A stretch of 64,000 nucleotides of DNA, from the NCBI RefSeq assembly GCF_988243305.1, contig NZ_OZ547136.1. One strand, written 5' to 3'. The translations under genes and the position numbers were made by a program. Under the pieces are notes generated by a model that ran no database searches, was not told the DNA's origin, and saw only the letters and a list, made by a program, of their open reading frames with translations. This document shows, piece after piece, positions 10,301-23,521 of the stretch (position 1 is the first letter of the stretch; each line of letters opens with the position of its first letter).

Positions 10301-10776
10301 GATGCTGGGTCCTTATAAACACTCGCCGGGCGACGGTGGTTAGCTTCCATCGCTTTCTCAACTTCTGGCGGCGTATAGTTTTCATCATGTTTCGCCAGCA
10401 CTTCTTTCGCGAGGATATGATTGCCTTTTTCCAGCTCGCCCTGCACTACAACGCCCTGCCCTTCACGGAACAGATCCGGCAAAATGCCTTCGTAAGAAAC
10501 ATCCACTGAGCCTTCAGCATCGTAAATGGTGAAGGTCACTTTCAGCGAATTGGGATCGCGCTGCACGCTACCCGGCATCACCATCCCGCCAACGCGCAGA
10601 CGCTGACCGACTTCCGGCATCTGCTGAGTTTCACGCTTGCCGTAGAGAATTTCCCCCGGCGTATAAAAGAGATCGATATTCGAGCGCAGCGCATACAGCA
10701 CCAGACCGATGGTCAGCGCCAAACCTGCCAACACAGCACAGGCAATCCACAAGCGGTTTTTACGGCGAATATTCAT
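10297..10776 (-). CDS. ccmE: Heme chaperone CcmE
   Basis: 159-aa ORF, N-terminal membrane anchor, 4-nt overlap with neighbours. Confidence 0.93.
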
Positions 10777-10982
10777 GCAGCCTCCTGCTGTTGCGCAGCA
10801 CGTAAACGCGCCTCACGCGCCCGCTGTTGCGCCACACCACGCAGAATTGCGCGATGCTGCATCACCGAGTGCACGACCAAAACCACCAGCGGAATAATGG
10901 TCATCACCACCGCCAGCCAGACAAAAAAGGCGTAACCGCCCATTGCGAAAAATTCATTCCAGGAAGCAAATGCAGGGGTCAT
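10773..10982 (-). CDS. ccmD: Heme exporter protein CcmD
   Basis: 69-aa small membrane protein ORF between ccmE and ccmC. Confidence 0.9.
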
Positions 10983-11716
10983 TTACGGCCTCTTTTCAGT
11001 ATCAGTTCACTCACCCACGGACGGCGTTTTTCCATCAGCAAAATTAAATTACGCATCCGCATCAGCGTCAGCGTGGCAGACAGCAGCAAGAAGCCAAAAA
11101 TCGACCAGCGCAGCGGCGAACGCATCGCCGGATCGATACTTTGCTGCATTCGCGTTGATCCCTGATGCAGGGTGTTCCACCACTCCACGGAGTAATGAAT
11201 AATCGGCAGATTCACCACGCCAATCAGCACCAGGATACCTGCCGCACGGCCCGCCAGACGGCGGTCGTCGAAGGCGTGCCACAGGGCAATTACACCAACA
11301 TACAGAAACAGCAGCACCAGTTCAGAAGTCAGGCGTGCGTCCCATACCCACCAAGTGCCCCACATCGGTTTTCCCCATGCAGAGCCGGTAACCAGGGCAA
11401 TAAAGGTAAACACGGCACCAATGGGGGCCATCGCCGCCACCGCCAGGTTGGCCATTTTCATCTGCCAGACAAGGCCAATAAACGCCGCCACCGCCATTGA
11501 TGCATAAATGCCCATCGACCAGATCGCCGCAGGCACATGCAGGTAGATAATGCGGTAGCTATTTCCCTGCTGATAATCAGCCGGAGCAAAGCCGAATCCC
11601 CAGATCCAGCCAACGGTAAGCACGACCACACTGGCAATTGCCAGCCACGGTATAAACCAGCCACAGATTTGATACAGCCGTGGTGGGATCGCCAGTTGAT
11701 GCAGTGTTTTCCACAT
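10979..11716 (-). CDS. ccmC: Heme exporter protein CcmC
   Basis: 245-aa product starting MWKTLHQLAIPPRLYQICGW; the ORF track extends 8 codons further upstream (to 11740) and the start is chosen by recognition of CcmC. Confidence 0.9.
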   Translation of the reverse strand: MWKTLHQLAIPPRLYQICGWFIPWLAIASVVVLTVGWIWGFGFAPADYQQGNSYRIIYLHVPAAIWSMGIYASMAVAAFIGLVWQMKMANLAVAAMAPIGAVFTFIALVTGSAWGKPMWGTWWVWDARLTSELVLLFLYVGVIALWHAFDDRRLAGRAAGILVLIGVVNLPIIHYSVEWWNTLHQGSTRMQQSIDPAMRSPLRWSIFGFLLLSATLTLMRMRNLILLMEKRRPWVSELILKRGRK

Positions 11717-11757
11717 AGTTTCGATACCAGACTCGAACAAAAATCAGTAATCCAGCG

Positions 11758-12420
11758 TTATTGAATGCTGATTCGTAACGCTGCCGCCGTCGCAAAAGGA
11801 CTTAATGTCGCGGTGCCTGCCAGCAACGCGCCTAAAATTGCCAGATACCCGTCAACGGGCAAATGCATGGAAGCCGCGTCCATCGCGGCGGTGGCAAAGA
11901 TGAGTAATGGGATAGTCAGCGGTAACACCAGTATGCTGAGCAGCACACCACCGCGCTTAAGTCCCACTGTCAGCGCCACGCCCGGTGCACCGAGAAAGCC
12001 AAGCGTAGGCGTTCCCAGCAGCAGCGTCAGCGCCATCACTTGCCAGCCATAAACATCCATTCCCAGTAGCATTGCTACCAGTGGCGAAAGGACGAGTAAC
12101 GGCAGACCGGTTACCATCCAGTGCGCCATCACCTTCGCCAGCACAACGGCGGGCAAGGGTAACGGCAACAACATCAATTGTTCAAGACTGCCGTCCTGCA
12201 AATCGTCACGGAACAGACGCTCCAGTGCCAGCAAGGATGAAAGCAGCGCAGCAACCCAGATAACGCCCGGTGCAATACGCGCCAGCAGTTGCGGCTCCGG
12301 ACCGATACTGAGCGGAAAAAGGGTAATGACAATCAGGAAGAACCACAGCGGGTTGGCGATTTCGGCGCTGTGGCGAAACGCTACGCGCAGCTCAAGACGG
12401 AAAATGCGCCAGAACATCAT
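11758..12420 (-). CDS. ccmB: Heme exporter permease CcmB
   Basis: 220-aa hydrophobic ORF; overlaps ccmA by 4 nt. Confidence 0.92.
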   Translation of the reverse strand: MMFWRIFRLELRVAFRHSAEIANPLWFFLIVITLFPLSIGPEPQLLARIAPGVIWVAALLSSLLALERLFRDDLQDGSLEQLMLLPLPLPAVVLAKVMAHWMVTGLPLLVLSPLVAMLLGMDVYGWQVMALTLLLGTPTLGFLGAPGVALTVGLKRGGVLLSILVLPLTIPLLIFATAAMDAASMHLPVDGYLAILGALLAGTATLSPFATAAALRISIQ

Positions 12421-13040
12421 GCGGCCCTCGTTTGCGTCAGTGAAATGCGGCGAATTTTACTTTCAGCAACGTTGAGCGGCTGGTGGGTAGTCAGAATCAC
12501 AATCCCCCCCTGCTCCGTATGCTGTGCCATACGCTGGGTCAGACGATCGACGCCGTTAACGTCAATCGCGGTAAAAGGCTCGTCGAGGATCCATAACGTG
12601 GCACGGGTCAGCCACAGACGCGCTAAAGCGACGCGGCGTTGTTGCCCGGCAGAAAGTTGATTTACAGGAATATCTTCGAATCCGGCAAGCCCGGCCTGCG
12701 CCAGGGCTTCCAGACATTGTGCGGTATCGCCATCGCGATGATAAAAGTGCAGATTTTCTAACGCCGTCAGCCGGGTTTTGATCCCCGGCTGATGGCCTAT
12801 CCATAACAGGTTTTGATGGTAGCTGTCGCGTACCTGATGCAAGGGCTGCCCTTGCCAGAGAACCTCGCCTGCGTCAGGGCGAGACAACCCCGTCAGCAAA
12901 CGGAGAAGCGTTGTCTTCCCCGCGCCGTTGCTACCGGTGATTTGTACCCATTCTCCTGCGTTCAGCGTAAATGATAAACCACTAAATAAGGTTCGTTCAT
13001 CCCGCTCACAAAGTAACTCTCTGGCTTCAAGCATACCCAC
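12417..13040 (-). CDS. ccmA: Heme exporter ATP-binding protein CcmA
   Basis: 207-aa ORF with Walker [10 protein letters not shown] and ABC signature LSAGQQRR. Confidence 0.93.
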   Translation of the reverse strand: MGMLEARELLCERDERTLFSGLSFTLNAGEWVQITGSNGAGKTTLLRLLTGLSRPDAGEVLWQGQPLHQVRDSYHQNLLWIGHQPGIKTRLTALENLHFYHRDGDTAQCLEALAQAGLAGFEDIPVNQLSAGQQRRVALARLWLTRATLWILDEPFTAIDVNGVDRLTQRMAQHTEQGGIVILTTHQPLNVAESKIRRISLTQTRAA

Positions 13041-13052
13041 GCAATAACCCTG

Positions 13053-13655
13053 TTAAAAACCTGGCTCGACTTCGCGCATATCGGGCAGCTTGTGCGCTAT
13101 CCCTTTATGGCAATCAATACAGGTTTGCCCATCTTTCACCGCCTGGTCATGCATCTTCGCGGCAACCGATTTCTGGGCGGTTGTATCCATATACTCGAAG
13201 TTGTGACAGTTACGGCACTCCTGCGAGTTATTGTCCTTCATGCGCCGCCACTCATTCTGTGCCATCGTCAGGCGATGAGCTTCAAATTTCTGCGGCGTGT
13301 CAATAACGCCAAAAATTTTACCATACAGCTCTTTACTTGCTTTGAGCTTGCGTATCATCTTCGGCACAAACTCGTGCGGAACGTGACAATCCGGACAGGT
13401 CGCACGAACGCCGCTACGGTTGTTGTAGTGCACGGAATCCATGTATTCCTGATACACCGTGTTACGCATTTCGTGGCAGCTAATGCAGAACTCTTCGGTA
13501 TTGGCTTTTTCCATCCCGGTGTTAAAGCCGCCCCAGAAGACGATGCCACCGACAAAACCGATCAACAGCAGCGTCCCCAGCGCCAGACGGCTGGGGGTAC
13601 GCCACCATTTCCACAGGCGCTTAATCAGACCAGGCTTACGGTCAGAATTTCCCAT
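13053..13655 (-). CDS. napC: Periplasmic nitrate reductase tetraheme cytochrome c NapC
   Basis: 200-aa ORF with N-terminal anchor and four CxxCH heme motifs. Confidence 0.93.
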   Translation of the reverse strand: MGNSDRKPGLIKRLWKWWRTPSRLALGTLLLIGFVGGIVFWGGFNTGMEKANTEEFCISCHEMRNTVYQEYMDSVHYNNRSGVRATCPDCHVPHEFVPKMIRKLKASKELYGKIFGVIDTPQKFEAHRLTMAQNEWRRMKDNNSQECRNCHNFEYMDTTAQKSVAAKMHDQAVKDGQTCIDCHKGIAHKLPDMREVEPGF

Positions 13656-13664
13656 AATAACCTC

Positions 13665-14114
13665 TTATTTCCCGTAACCTTTTGATGGGGTAAAGGTATT
13701 CCCCACGATTGGCGCGGTATCGGCCTGCGGTACGTGACATTGCAGACAGAAATAACGACGCGGAGCCACTTCCGCGCCCACTTTGCCGTCGCTGTCCATA
13801 AAGTGAGTAGGACTGATGCGCGGTGCGCCAGTGGTGCGATAGCTTTCGACACCGTGGCACTGCAAGCAGCGGTTGGTATTGGTCGTTACCTGATAACCTT
13901 CAACGCTATGCGGGATCATTGGCGGCTGATTCACATAGTTCAGCGGCATCCGTTCCTGCTCTTTTGGCATCCGAATGGCCCCTTCCTGCGTCCCGGATAC
14001 TTCCGGCGACTGGCTAAAATCGACGCCATTAGCCGCCCAAACCGCGCCGCTCACCACCAGGGCCAGCATCGCCGTCCATTGACACAGCGCTTTCTTCAGG
14101 TCATGGCTTTTCAT
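13665..14114 (-). CDS. napB: Periplasmic nitrate reductase diheme cytochrome c NapB
   Basis: 149-aa product starting [13 protein letters not shown] with signal peptide and CxxCH motifs; start chosen to give the ATGA overlap with napH. Confidence 0.9.
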   Translation of the reverse strand: MKSHDLKKALCQWTAMLALVVSGAVWAANGVDFSQSPEVSGTQEGAIRMPKEQERMPLNYVNQPPMIPHSVEGYQVTTNTNRCLQCHGVESYRTTGAPRISPTHFMDSDGKVGAEVAPRRYFCLQCHVPQADTAPIVGNTFTPSKGYGK

Positions 14115-14974
14115 GATTTCGCTCCCGAACTCCATCGTGTAGTTATTGTAAATACATCCTCAGAACAGACATCCACGCAGCGACCGCACGTCATGCAATC
14201 GCGGCTGGTGACCTGCACCGGGCTTTGTTCATCCAGCACCGGGGCACGTAGCACATGCGGTTCCGGGCAAACATGAAAACAATCCATACAGCGGTTACAT
14301 TTCTGCCGATCGGTGGCCGCAACGGTAATGACACCTTTGCTACCCAGCACGCCATACAGCGCGCCAACCGGACAAATGTGCCCGCACCAGCCGTGTTCAA
14401 CGACCAGTAGATCAAATAAAAACAGCGCGAGAATAAGCAGCGCGCCGCTGCCGAATCCCATTACCAGACTGCGCCCCATCAGGGAAACGGGGTTGATCCA
14501 TTCCCAGATGAGCGTGCCGGTTAAGGCCGATCCCAGCAGAATGACTACCAACAGCACGTAGCGAATGTGGCGTGGGATCGTCGCAGACTGATTGAGGTCA
14601 AAGCGCCTGCGTAACCAGTTCGCTAAGTCGGTAATCGGGTTCAGCGGGCAGACCCAGCTGCAAAATAATCGCTTTCCTGCCAGGGCGTAGAGCACGGTGA
14701 TAATTACCGCACCGGTCAACGCCACCGTGGCAGGCAGATGACCGCTGGCAAGACTTTGCAGCGTCATCAGCGGATCGGTCAGCGGAACGGTGTCGAATAA
14801 CAGGCTACTGCTGTAGTTGCCGTGCAAGATCCACACACCAAACCACGGACCGCTCAAAAACATCCCCAGCACGAAGAACTGACAAAGGCGACGTAACACC
14901 AGCCAACGGTGGCTGCGCCACCAGCCTTTTTTCTCCAGCGCCTCGCGCCCGGCGTCACGTTTACGATTTGCCAT
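14111..14974 (-). CDS. napH: Ferredoxin-type membrane protein NapH
   Basis: 287-aa ORF with transmembrane segments and C-terminal 4Fe-4S cysteine clusters. Confidence 0.92.
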
Positions 14975-15656
14975 TGTTCCCCTCCAGCCAGCCGAAGCGG
15001 TAATGGTGACCTAACTCCCCTTTCGCCAGTGACAGCGGTAACACCTTGATTGCCGGTTGTTCCAGCACGCACACTTTTTCGCACTTACCGCAGCCGGTAC
15101 AGGCGTCGCTGTGAACCGTCGGCAGAAAGCGGGCGTGCTTACCGGTACGCGTGTTGCGCTCCAGCTCCAGGGTGATTGCCTCATCAATTTTCGGGCATTC
15201 GCGATAACAAACATCGCAGCGCAGCCCCTGAAAGTTGAGACAGTTTTCCTGGTCCACCAGTACCGCCAGCCCCATCCGCGCGTCGTCGATCGATTCGATC
15301 TCACGATCCAGCGCACCGCTCGGGCACACTTTGGCGCACGGAATGTCCTCACACATTTCGCAAGGAATATCCCGTGCGACAAAATATGGCGTGCCCGCCG
15401 ACAGGCCAGAAGCCAGCGTCGCCAGTTTTAAGGTGTCATAAGGGCAAGCCTGAACACACTGACCGCAACGCACACAGGCACTGGCAAAGGCGTTCTCGTT
15501 TATGGCTCCGGGCGGGCGCAACCGCACGCCAGATGCGCGTGCGGTTTGCTGTTGTAACCCCAGCGCCACACCCACGGCAGCCAGCCCGCCAGCTGTGCGA
15601 ACGACATCGCGCAGAAAGCGGCGGCGACCATTTTGAGGTTTCGCTGACCGGGACAT
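14961..15656 (-). CDS. napG: Ferredoxin-type protein NapG
   Basis: 231-aa ORF with Tat-like N-terminus ([14 protein letters not shown]) and multiple CxxCxxCxxxCP motifs. Confidence 0.92.
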
Positions 15657-15662
15657 AATGGC

Positions 15663-18149
15663 TTACACCTTCTCCAGTTTGACCGCGCACTTCTTGAAGT
15701 CCGTCTCTTTCGAGAGCGGATCGGTCGCATCCAGCGTCAGTTTGTTAACCAGCTGTGCGGCGTCGAAGAACGGCATGTACACCAGGCCCTGCGGCGGACG
15801 GTTACGACCGCGCGTTTCGACAATCGAGATCACTTCGCCACGGCGAGAAACCACTTTCACTTTGTCGCCACGGCGCAGATCGCGCGCTTTCGCATCCAGC
15901 GGGTGAATAAACAGGACCGCTTCCGGGAAGGCGCGGTGCAGTTCCGGCACACGGCGAGTCATACTGCCGGTGTGCCAGTGCTCCAGGACGCGTCCGGTAG
16001 AGAGCCACAGGTCGTACTCTTCATCCGGTGCCTCCGCCGCCGGTTCGAACGGCAGCGCGAAGATCACCGCTTTGCCATCCGGTTTACCGTAGAACTTGTA
16101 GCCTTCGCCCGCTTTCACGTACGGGTCGTTACCTTCGCTGTAACGCCACTGCGTTTCTTTACCGTTCACCACCGGCCAGCGCAGACCGCGCGCTTTGTGG
16201 TAGTCATCGAACGGTGCCAGATCGTGACCGTGACCGCGACCAAACCATGCGTACTCTTCGAACAGCCCTTTTTGCAGATAGAAGCCCAGCTCGCGGGATT
16301 CATCGTTCAGCTGATCTTCCGCCAGTTCGGATACCGGGAATTTGCTCACTTCCGGGGTGGCATACAGAACTTCGTACAGCGTTTTGCCACGCAGTTCCGG
16401 TTTCTTCGCCAGCAGATCTTCCGGCCATACTTCTTCAGTTTTGAAGCGGCGGGAGAACTGGACTAACTGCCAGAGATCCGATTTCGCTTCGCCCGGTGCC
16501 TGTACCTGCTGACGCCAGAACTGAGTACGGCGTTCGGCGTTACCGTAAGCACCCTCTTTTTCTACCCACATTGCGGTCGGCAGGATCAAGTCGGCGGCCA
16601 GCGCACTGACTGTCGGATACGGATCGGAGACGATGATGAAGTTGCGCGGATCGCGCCAGCCCGGCATACGCTCTTCATTGATGTTCGGCCCGGCCTGCAT
16701 GTTGTTGGTACACATGGTCCAGTAAACATTCAGCTTGCCGTCTTTCAGCGCACGGTCTTGTGCTACCGCATGCAGACCGATTTTCGCCGGAATGGTGCCG
16801 CTCGGGATATTCCACTTCTTCTCGCAGATATCACGATGTTTCTCGTTAGTTACCACCATGTCCGCAGGCAGACGGTGAGCAAAGGTGCCCACTTCACGCG
16901 CAGTACCACACGCGGAAGGCTGCCCGGTCAGGGAGAACGGACCGCAACCCGGCTTGGAAATTTTGCCGGTCAGCAGGTGCAGGTTGTAGACCAGGTTGTT
17001 GGCCCATACACCACGGGTATGCTGGTTGAAGCCCATCGTCCAGTAGGAGATGACTTTCTTGTTCGGATCGGCATACAGCTGCGCCAGTTGTTCTAACTGG
17101 TCTTTCGGCACGCCGGTCATTTCGGCAGTTTTTTCCAGCGTATACTCAGCAACGAAGGCTTTGTAATCTTCAAAGCTCATCGGTTCGGAGGCGTCAGAAC
17201 CCGGATTCTTCGCTGCTTTTTCCAGCGGATGGGTCGGACGTAAACCGTAGCCGATGTCCGTCGCCCCTTTGCGCAGGTTAACGTGCTTGCTGAAGAAGTC
17301 CTGATTTATCGCATTGTTTTGAATGATATAGTTGGCGATGTAGTTCAGGATCACCAGGTCAGATTGCGGCGTAAAGATGATGCCGTTATCCGCCAGCTCG
17401 AAGCTACGATGCTGGTAGGTAGAAAGCACCGCCACGGTGACGTTCTGGTTAGAGAGACGACGGTTAGTGATGCGCGACCAGAGGATCGGGTGCATCTCCG
17501 CCATGTTTGCGCCCCACAGCACAAACGCGTCAGCCTGCTCGATGTCGTCATAGCAGCCCATCGGCTCATCCATACCAAAGGTACGCATAAAGCCAACTAC
17601 CGCCGACGCCATACAGTGACGCGCGTTCGGGTCGATGTTGTTCGAACGGAATCCCGCTTTAAACAGCTTGGACGCGGCATAACCTTCCCAGATAGTCCAC
17701 TGACCAGAACCGAACATACCGATCGATTCCGGCCCTTTTTCTTTCAGGGCGGTTTTGAATTTCTCTTCCATCACATCGAAGGCTTGATCCCAGGTGATTG
17801 GGGTAAATTCGCCTTCTTTGTCATATTTACCGTTTTTCATACGCAGAAGCGGCTGCGTCAAACGGTCTTTACCGTACATGATTTTGGGCAGGAAATAGCC
17901 CTTAATGCAGTTCAGACCACGGTTAACCGGTGCGTCCGGGTCGCCCTGACAGGCCACCACACGCCCCTGCTGCGTTCCGACCAGAACGCCGCAACCCGTA
18001 CCGCAGAAACGGCACGGCGCTTTATCCCATTTAATGGCTTCCTGCTGACCAACAACGGCGCGGGCAACGCCCGGCACGCTGAGACCGGCAGCCGCCGCAG
18101 CGGCCGCAACGGCGTTAGCTTTCATAAAGCTACGACGACTGAGTTTCAT
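15663..18149 (-). CDS. napA: Periplasmic nitrate reductase catalytic subunit NapA (molybdoenzyme)
   Basis: 828-aa ORF with twin-arginine signal [31 protein letters not shown] and N-terminal Fe-S cysteine motif. Confidence 0.95.
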   Translation of the reverse strand: MKLSRRSFMKANAVAAAAAAAGLSVPGVARAVVGQQEAIKWDKAPCRFCGTGCGVLVGTQQGRVVACQGDPDAPVNRGLNCIKGYFLPKIMYGKDRLTQPLLRMKNGKYDKEGEFTPITWDQAFDVMEEKFKTALKEKGPESIGMFGSGQWTIWEGYAASKLFKAGFRSNNIDPNARHCMASAVVGFMRTFGMDEPMGCYDDIEQADAFVLWGANMAEMHPILWSRITNRRLSNQNVTVAVLSTYQHRSFELADNGIIFTPQSDLVILNYIANYIIQNNAINQDFFSKHVNLRKGATDIGYGLRPTHPLEKAAKNPGSDASEPMSFEDYKAFVAEYTLEKTAEMTGVPKDQLEQLAQLYADPNKKVISYWTMGFNQHTRGVWANNLVYNLHLLTGKISKPGCGPFSLTGQPSACGTAREVGTFAHRLPADMVVTNEKHRDICEKKWNIPSGTIPAKIGLHAVAQDRALKDGKLNVYWTMCTNNMQAGPNINEERMPGWRDPRNFIIVSDPYPTVSALAADLILPTAMWVEKEGAYGNAERRTQFWRQQVQAPGEAKSDLWQLVQFSRRFKTEEVWPEDLLAKKPELRGKTLYEVLYATPEVSKFPVSELAEDQLNDESRELGFYLQKGLFEEYAWFGRGHGHDLAPFDDYHKARGLRWPVVNGKETQWRYSEGNDPYVKAGEGYKFYGKPDGKAVIFALPFEPAAEAPDEEYDLWLSTGRVLEHWHTGSMTRRVPELHRAFPEAVLFIHPLDAKARDLRRGDKVKVVSRRGEVISIVETRGRNRPPQGLVYMPFFDAAQLVNKLTLDATDPLSKETDFKKCAVKLEKV

Positions 18150-18409
18150 GGTGTTTCCTCACCTTGCTCTTCCTGCTGGTGATAAACCAGCGACACCGCC
18201 AGCACGCCCTCTACGTTGCGTACTGACTCAATGGTTTGAATCAGCGTTTCGCTGTCTTCTGCTTCCACCACCACAATCAACTGACCGCTCGGCGCGTCGC
18301 TGACAGCAACTTCACAGCCGGGAAAGGCGTTCAGTTGGGTGCTGATGTCTGAAATTCGTTCGCTTTTGGCCTGCACGACCAGGCTGCAAACTTGCCAGTT
18401 AGTGTGCAT
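18146..18409 (-). CDS. napD: NapA chaperone NapD
   Basis: 87-aa ORF overlapping napA start by 4 nt. Confidence 0.9.
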   Translation of the reverse strand: MHTNWQVCSLVVQAKSERISDISTQLNAFPGCEVAVSDAPSGQLIVVVEAEDSETLIQTIESVRNVEGVLAVSLVYHQQEEQGEETP

Positions 18410-18893
18410 GGAGATACTCCGCAGTTATGGCTGATACCGGACAGCTGGCTGCACATGCTCCACATCCGTTGCAAAGTTGGCTATTAAGTTGCGGCTGGTA
18501 GATCCCGGAGAGCGTCGGGCGAAAGATAATTGCCATTGGCTCACAGCTATCCTGACAGCGGCGGCATTCAACTGACTGATACGCCAGGCACGCCTCCCCG
18601 ATGGTGAACAGCAAATCCCAGGCCCTGGTGTGGCGCGGAGAAAATAGCGATTCGGGGCAAGCCTGCGCGCAGGCGTAACAGAAGCTGCACTCGTTATTTT
18701 TGAAATTAACGCTCGGATAGCCACCCGCGCCGCGTTGCAGAATGTTGTTTTCACAAGCATTAATACAGGCGTCGCAGCGAGTGCAATGGGTCAGAAAATG
18801 AGATTCATCACCGGACCAGGGCGGACGGATACCGTTACTGGCTTTGCGCCAGCGACCAGTGAGTATGCCCCGACGGGATGCATCAATCTTCAC
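18399..18893 (-). CDS. napF: Ferredoxin-type protein NapF
   Basis: 164-aa ORF with several 4Fe-4S cysteine motifs; first gene of napFDAGHBC. Confidence 0.92.
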   Translation of the reverse strand: MKIDASRRGILTGRWRKASNGIRPPWSGDESHFLTHCTRCDACINACENNILQRGAGGYPSVNFKNNECSFCYACAQACPESLFSPRHTRAWDLLFTIGEACLAYQSVECRRCQDSCEPMAIIFRPTLSGIYQPQLNSQLCNGCGACAASCPVSAITAEYLHAH

Positions 18894-19006
18894 ATTGACC
18901 TTCCATCATTAACGCGCTCTGAAAATTGAGAGCGACCAAATAAACCGCATAATTAATAAGCCATTTTTATAGCCGCTAAGATATTAAAGGATGTGTCAAA
19001 GATGCA

Positions 19007-19022
19007 TACCCCGATCGGGGTA
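19007..19022 (-). promoter_or_regulatory. NarL/NarP 7-2-7 heptamer pair in the napF promoter region
   Basis: Perfect 16-bp palindrome TACCCCGATCGGGGTA about 115 bp upstream of the napF start codon; matches the NarL/NarP inverted-heptamer architecture. An imperfect FNR-like half-site (..GGATCAA, near 19037-19041) lies just upstream. Confidence 0.7.
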
Positions 19023-19300
19023 AAACCTGTAGCAGGATCAAAAGAGTGGCGGGAAGCGTGGCAAAAACGGGCTTTTGCTCACATTTCAAATGGTTATAAA
19101 CATATTTATATAGCGATTAATTCACCAGAGATATTTATGTCGGTTTGTTCTCTCACCAGAATTTAACACTAAAAGAGCAGGTAAAATTGTCTGAATGTTC
19201 TTTAAGTTATTCATAAAGCAAATTAATAAATCTGATGAATATGTTAACCTTCAGCGACATCATCGGTGAAAACCTATAAATGAAGAAGGAAAGCAAAAAA

Positions 19301-19789
19301 ATGAAGACCATTCTACCTGCAGTATTGTTTGCCGCTTTCGCCACCACTTCCGCCTGGGCGGCAGAAAGCGTCCAGCCACTGGAAAAAATCGCGCCTTATC
19401 CACAAGCTGAAAAAGGCATGAAGCGTCAGGTGATTCAGTTAACCCCGCAAGAAGATGAATCTACCCTGAAAGTAGAACTGTTAATCGGCCAGACGCTGGA
19501 AGTCGATTGCAATTTGCATCGTCTCGGCGGGAAGCTGGAAAGCAAAACGCTGGAAGGCTGGGGCTATGATTATTACGTCTTTGATAAAGTTAGCTCGCCG
19601 GTTTCCACGATGATGGCCTGCCCGGATGGCAAGAAAGAGAAGAAATTTGTCACCGCGTATCTGGGCGATGCCGGAATGCTGCGTTATAACAGCAAGCTGC
19701 CGATCGTGGTGTATACGCCAGACAATGTGGATGTGAAGTACCGCATCTGGAAGGCGGAAGAGAAAATTGACAACGCGGTAGTCCGCTAA
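19301..19789 (+). CDS. eco: Ecotin, periplasmic serine protease inhibitor
   Basis: 162-aa product [44 protein letters not shown]; the ORF track starts 7 codons earlier at 19280. Confidence 0.92.
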   Translation: MKTILPAVLFAAFATTSAWAAESVQPLEKIAPYPQAEKGMKRQVIQLTPQEDESTLKVELLIGQTLEVDCNLHRLGGKLESKTLEGWGYDYYVFDKVSSPVSTMMACPDGKKEKKFVTAYLGDAGMLRYNSKLPIVVYTPDNVDVKYRIWKAEEKIDNAVVR

Positions 19790-19823
19790 ACTGCCGTGAA
19801 GTGCTCCACCCCGTAGGTCGGAT

Positions 19824-19932
19824 AAGGCGGTCACGCCGCATCCGACATCCAACGCCCGAGCCGGTTGCCTGATGCGACGCTGACGCGTCTTATCTGCATA
19901 CGCCACATCCGGCATACCATGCCGGATGTGGC
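19824..19932. repeat. REP (repetitive extragenic palindromic) cluster between convergent eco and mqo
   Basis: Three REP-like palindromic units (GTAGGTCGGATAAGGCGGTCACGCCGCATCCGACATC; GCCTGATGCGACGCTGACGCGTCTTATCTGCATAC; GCCACATCCGGCATACCATGCCGGATGTGGC). The last has perfect 14-nt arms and abuts the mqo stop. Confidence 0.8.
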
Positions 19933-19938
19933 ACATCA

Positions 19939-21597
<1,659 letters not shown>

Positions 21598-21802
21598 TTA
21601 CTTTTAGTCGCTTTATTGCAGGTGAGATTTGCGCGGCATCAACGGTAACACTTAAGTAACAACATTTAAATAATGTTTATAAATTATATTCTAATTTTAG
21701 AAACATTATAATTTCGTTGATTAATTATAGGGTTATTAGAAATGAAGGGATTTTTAGCATATTGACCTGGCGGCAGCAGTCCGCCAGGTCAGCGTCGTAA
21801 TA

Positions 21803-23446
21803 TTATGCCGTCCGGGCAACGGCATCACGCGAAGCAGCATCGCGCTCTTCGCCTGTCAGCTCGCTAAGTAGCCCGTTGCGCATTTCCAGCAGGCGGTCAG
21901 CGTGGATAAAGTAATGATCATCATGACTGATGGCGAAAATCGTTTTACCCATCTCCTGCATCAGCGGCAGCAGCACCTGATAAAACTCACGACGGAAGTG
22001 TGGGTCCTGATCCGCCGCCCATTCATCCAGCAGGATAATATCGCGTTCTTCTGCCAGCGCCAGCAACAGCGCCACGCGTTTTTTCTGCCCTTTTGATAAC
22101 TTCAGGTTAACAATACGCCCGTTGCTTAACTCAAGCTTATGAGCCATTTTCAGTTGCGCCAGCCACTTCTTAATCAGTTGCGGGTTAGCGGGTTGACCCT
22201 CCGGCCCCAGCAGTTGATCGAACAGCCAGACATCGGTAAACACTGCCGAAAACAGTTTGCGATAATCTTCCGGTTGTTCGCCGCTGACAGGTTTGCCATC
22301 CAGCAAGATTTCGCCGCTTTGTGGCTGATACAAGCCCGTCAGCAACATCGCCAGCGTCGATTTTCCACTACCGTTACCACCAATCAGAAACAGCAGTTCG
22401 CCACGTTTGATGGTGAGGTTAATCGGCCCAACGGAAAACGCGTTATCCTGATAAGCAAACGTCACGTTACGCAGCTCCAGCGTTTGCCAGTTGGGAAACG
22501 CCTGCGGGCGCGGAAACTCTGCTTTGAAAGGCGCGAGCGCGAATTTGTTCAGCTTGTTAAACGCCACCTGCGCCGTCAGCAGCGTCGGTAATGCGCCAAC
22601 CGCCGAAAGCAGCGGCGTACGCAGGAATAACAGCGTCAACGAATAGGTCGCGGCAACGTTGGTATCAGCCCAACCGAGACTGTTCGCCATCCAGAACACC
22701 AGGCCGATTGCGCCCAGCATCATGATGTTTGACCAGTTCACGGCACTAAGATGGAAGGTGTCTGCGCGGATAATATGATGGCGATACTCTTGCGCATCAG
22801 GAATGTAGAGGTTGTTAAACACATACTCGGCGCGTTCCCGGTTCAGAGTCAGCTCTTTGCGCCCTTCGAGTACGGTTTGAAAATCCGTGTACAGCTTGTC
22901 TTCGGTTTCACGCAGGGTCGCCATATGTTTGTACACCCGCGCCACCAGCACAAAACCGCCCCAGATGGTGACTGCCATCCAGATAGCCGTTACCAGCAAC
23001 ATTTTGCCCGACAGCATCCACAAGTACGCCGCGGAACCGATAGTGAGGATGATCCCCTGCACCAGTTCCGGCAGACGCACAAAAGCAATGGTGATATTGC
23101 GCACATCGCTGGTTAACCCCGCCAACAACGAGGCGCTACCAAGTTGTTCAATGCGCTCAACATGGGTATCCAGAATCCGCTTGATAAATTCGCTACGCAG
23201 TCGGTAAACGAAGTGATGTCCTAAAGTGGTGAGCGCCAGTTGCGATCCGAGAGTGACTGCCATCAACAGCAGCAATAATCCCAGAAACTCCGGCAACACC
23301 AGCAGACTGGTATCCGCCGTTTCGATAAGGCGCTGATTGATAAAAGCAATTAAGCCAATGCCTAAAGCCGCACTGGCGAGGCTTAGCGCCATCACACTGA
23401 TAAATGGCCAGCGATACTGCCGCCAGACAAGTACAAGAAGTTCCAT
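21803..23446 (-). CDS. yojI: ABC transporter (fused permease/ATPase) YojI, microcin J25 efflux
   Basis: 547-aa ORF with N-terminal transmembrane domain and C-terminal Walker A (GGNGSGKST) ABC domain. Confidence 0.9.
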   Translation of the reverse strand: MELLVLVWRQYRWPFISVMALSLASAALGIGLIAFINQRLIETADTSLLVLPEFLGLLLLLMAVTLGSQLALTTLGHHFVYRLRSEFIKRILDTHVERIEQLGSASLLAGLTSDVRNITIAFVRLPELVQGIILTIGSAAYLWMLSGKMLLVTAIWMAVTIWGGFVLVARVYKHMATLRETEDKLYTDFQTVLEGRKELTLNRERAEYVFNNLYIPDAQEYRHHIIRADTFHLSAVNWSNIMMLGAIGLVFWMANSLGWADTNVAATYSLTLLFLRTPLLSAVGALPTLLTAQVAFNKLNKFALAPFKAEFPRPQAFPNWQTLELRNVTFAYQDNAFSVGPINLTIKRGELLFLIGGNGSGKSTLAMLLTGLYQPQSGEILLDGKPVSGEQPEDYRKLFSAVFTDVWLFDQLLGPEGQPANPQLIKKWLAQLKMAHKLELSNGRIVNLKLSKGQKKRVALLLALAEERDIILLDEWAADQDPHFRREFYQVLLPLMQEMGKTIFAISHDDHYFIHADRLLEMRNGLLSELTGEERDAASRDAVARTA

Positions 23447-23521
23447 GCAGAAAACCCGGACAATGAATTACAGCCCGCAGTTTAAACATCTTCGCGCGCA
23501 CAGCAATAATAATTCTTATTT

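Noticed and set aside
13092-13685. 197-aa ORF on the plus strand
   Set aside because: Antisense to napC; overlaps a conserved cytochrome gene.
17283-18182. 299-aa ORF on the plus strand (and 15903..16466)
   Set aside because: Antisense to napA; an artefact of long stop-free frames in GC-rich coding sequence.
19824-19932. Possible CRISPR array suggested by repeated palindromic units (also at 31685..31859)
   Set aside because: Only 2-3 imperfect copies, irregular spacing, and the units match REP/BIME palindromes; no cas genes or leader.
21765-21791. Perfect inverted repeat GACCTGGCGG-CAGCAGT-CCGCCAGGTC just downstream of the yojI stop, considered as an intrinsic terminator or regulatory hairpin
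   Set aside because: There is no U-tract on either strand after the stem, so it is not a canonical terminator; it is probably a simple transcript 3' stem-loop or REP fragment and I cannot support a specific function.
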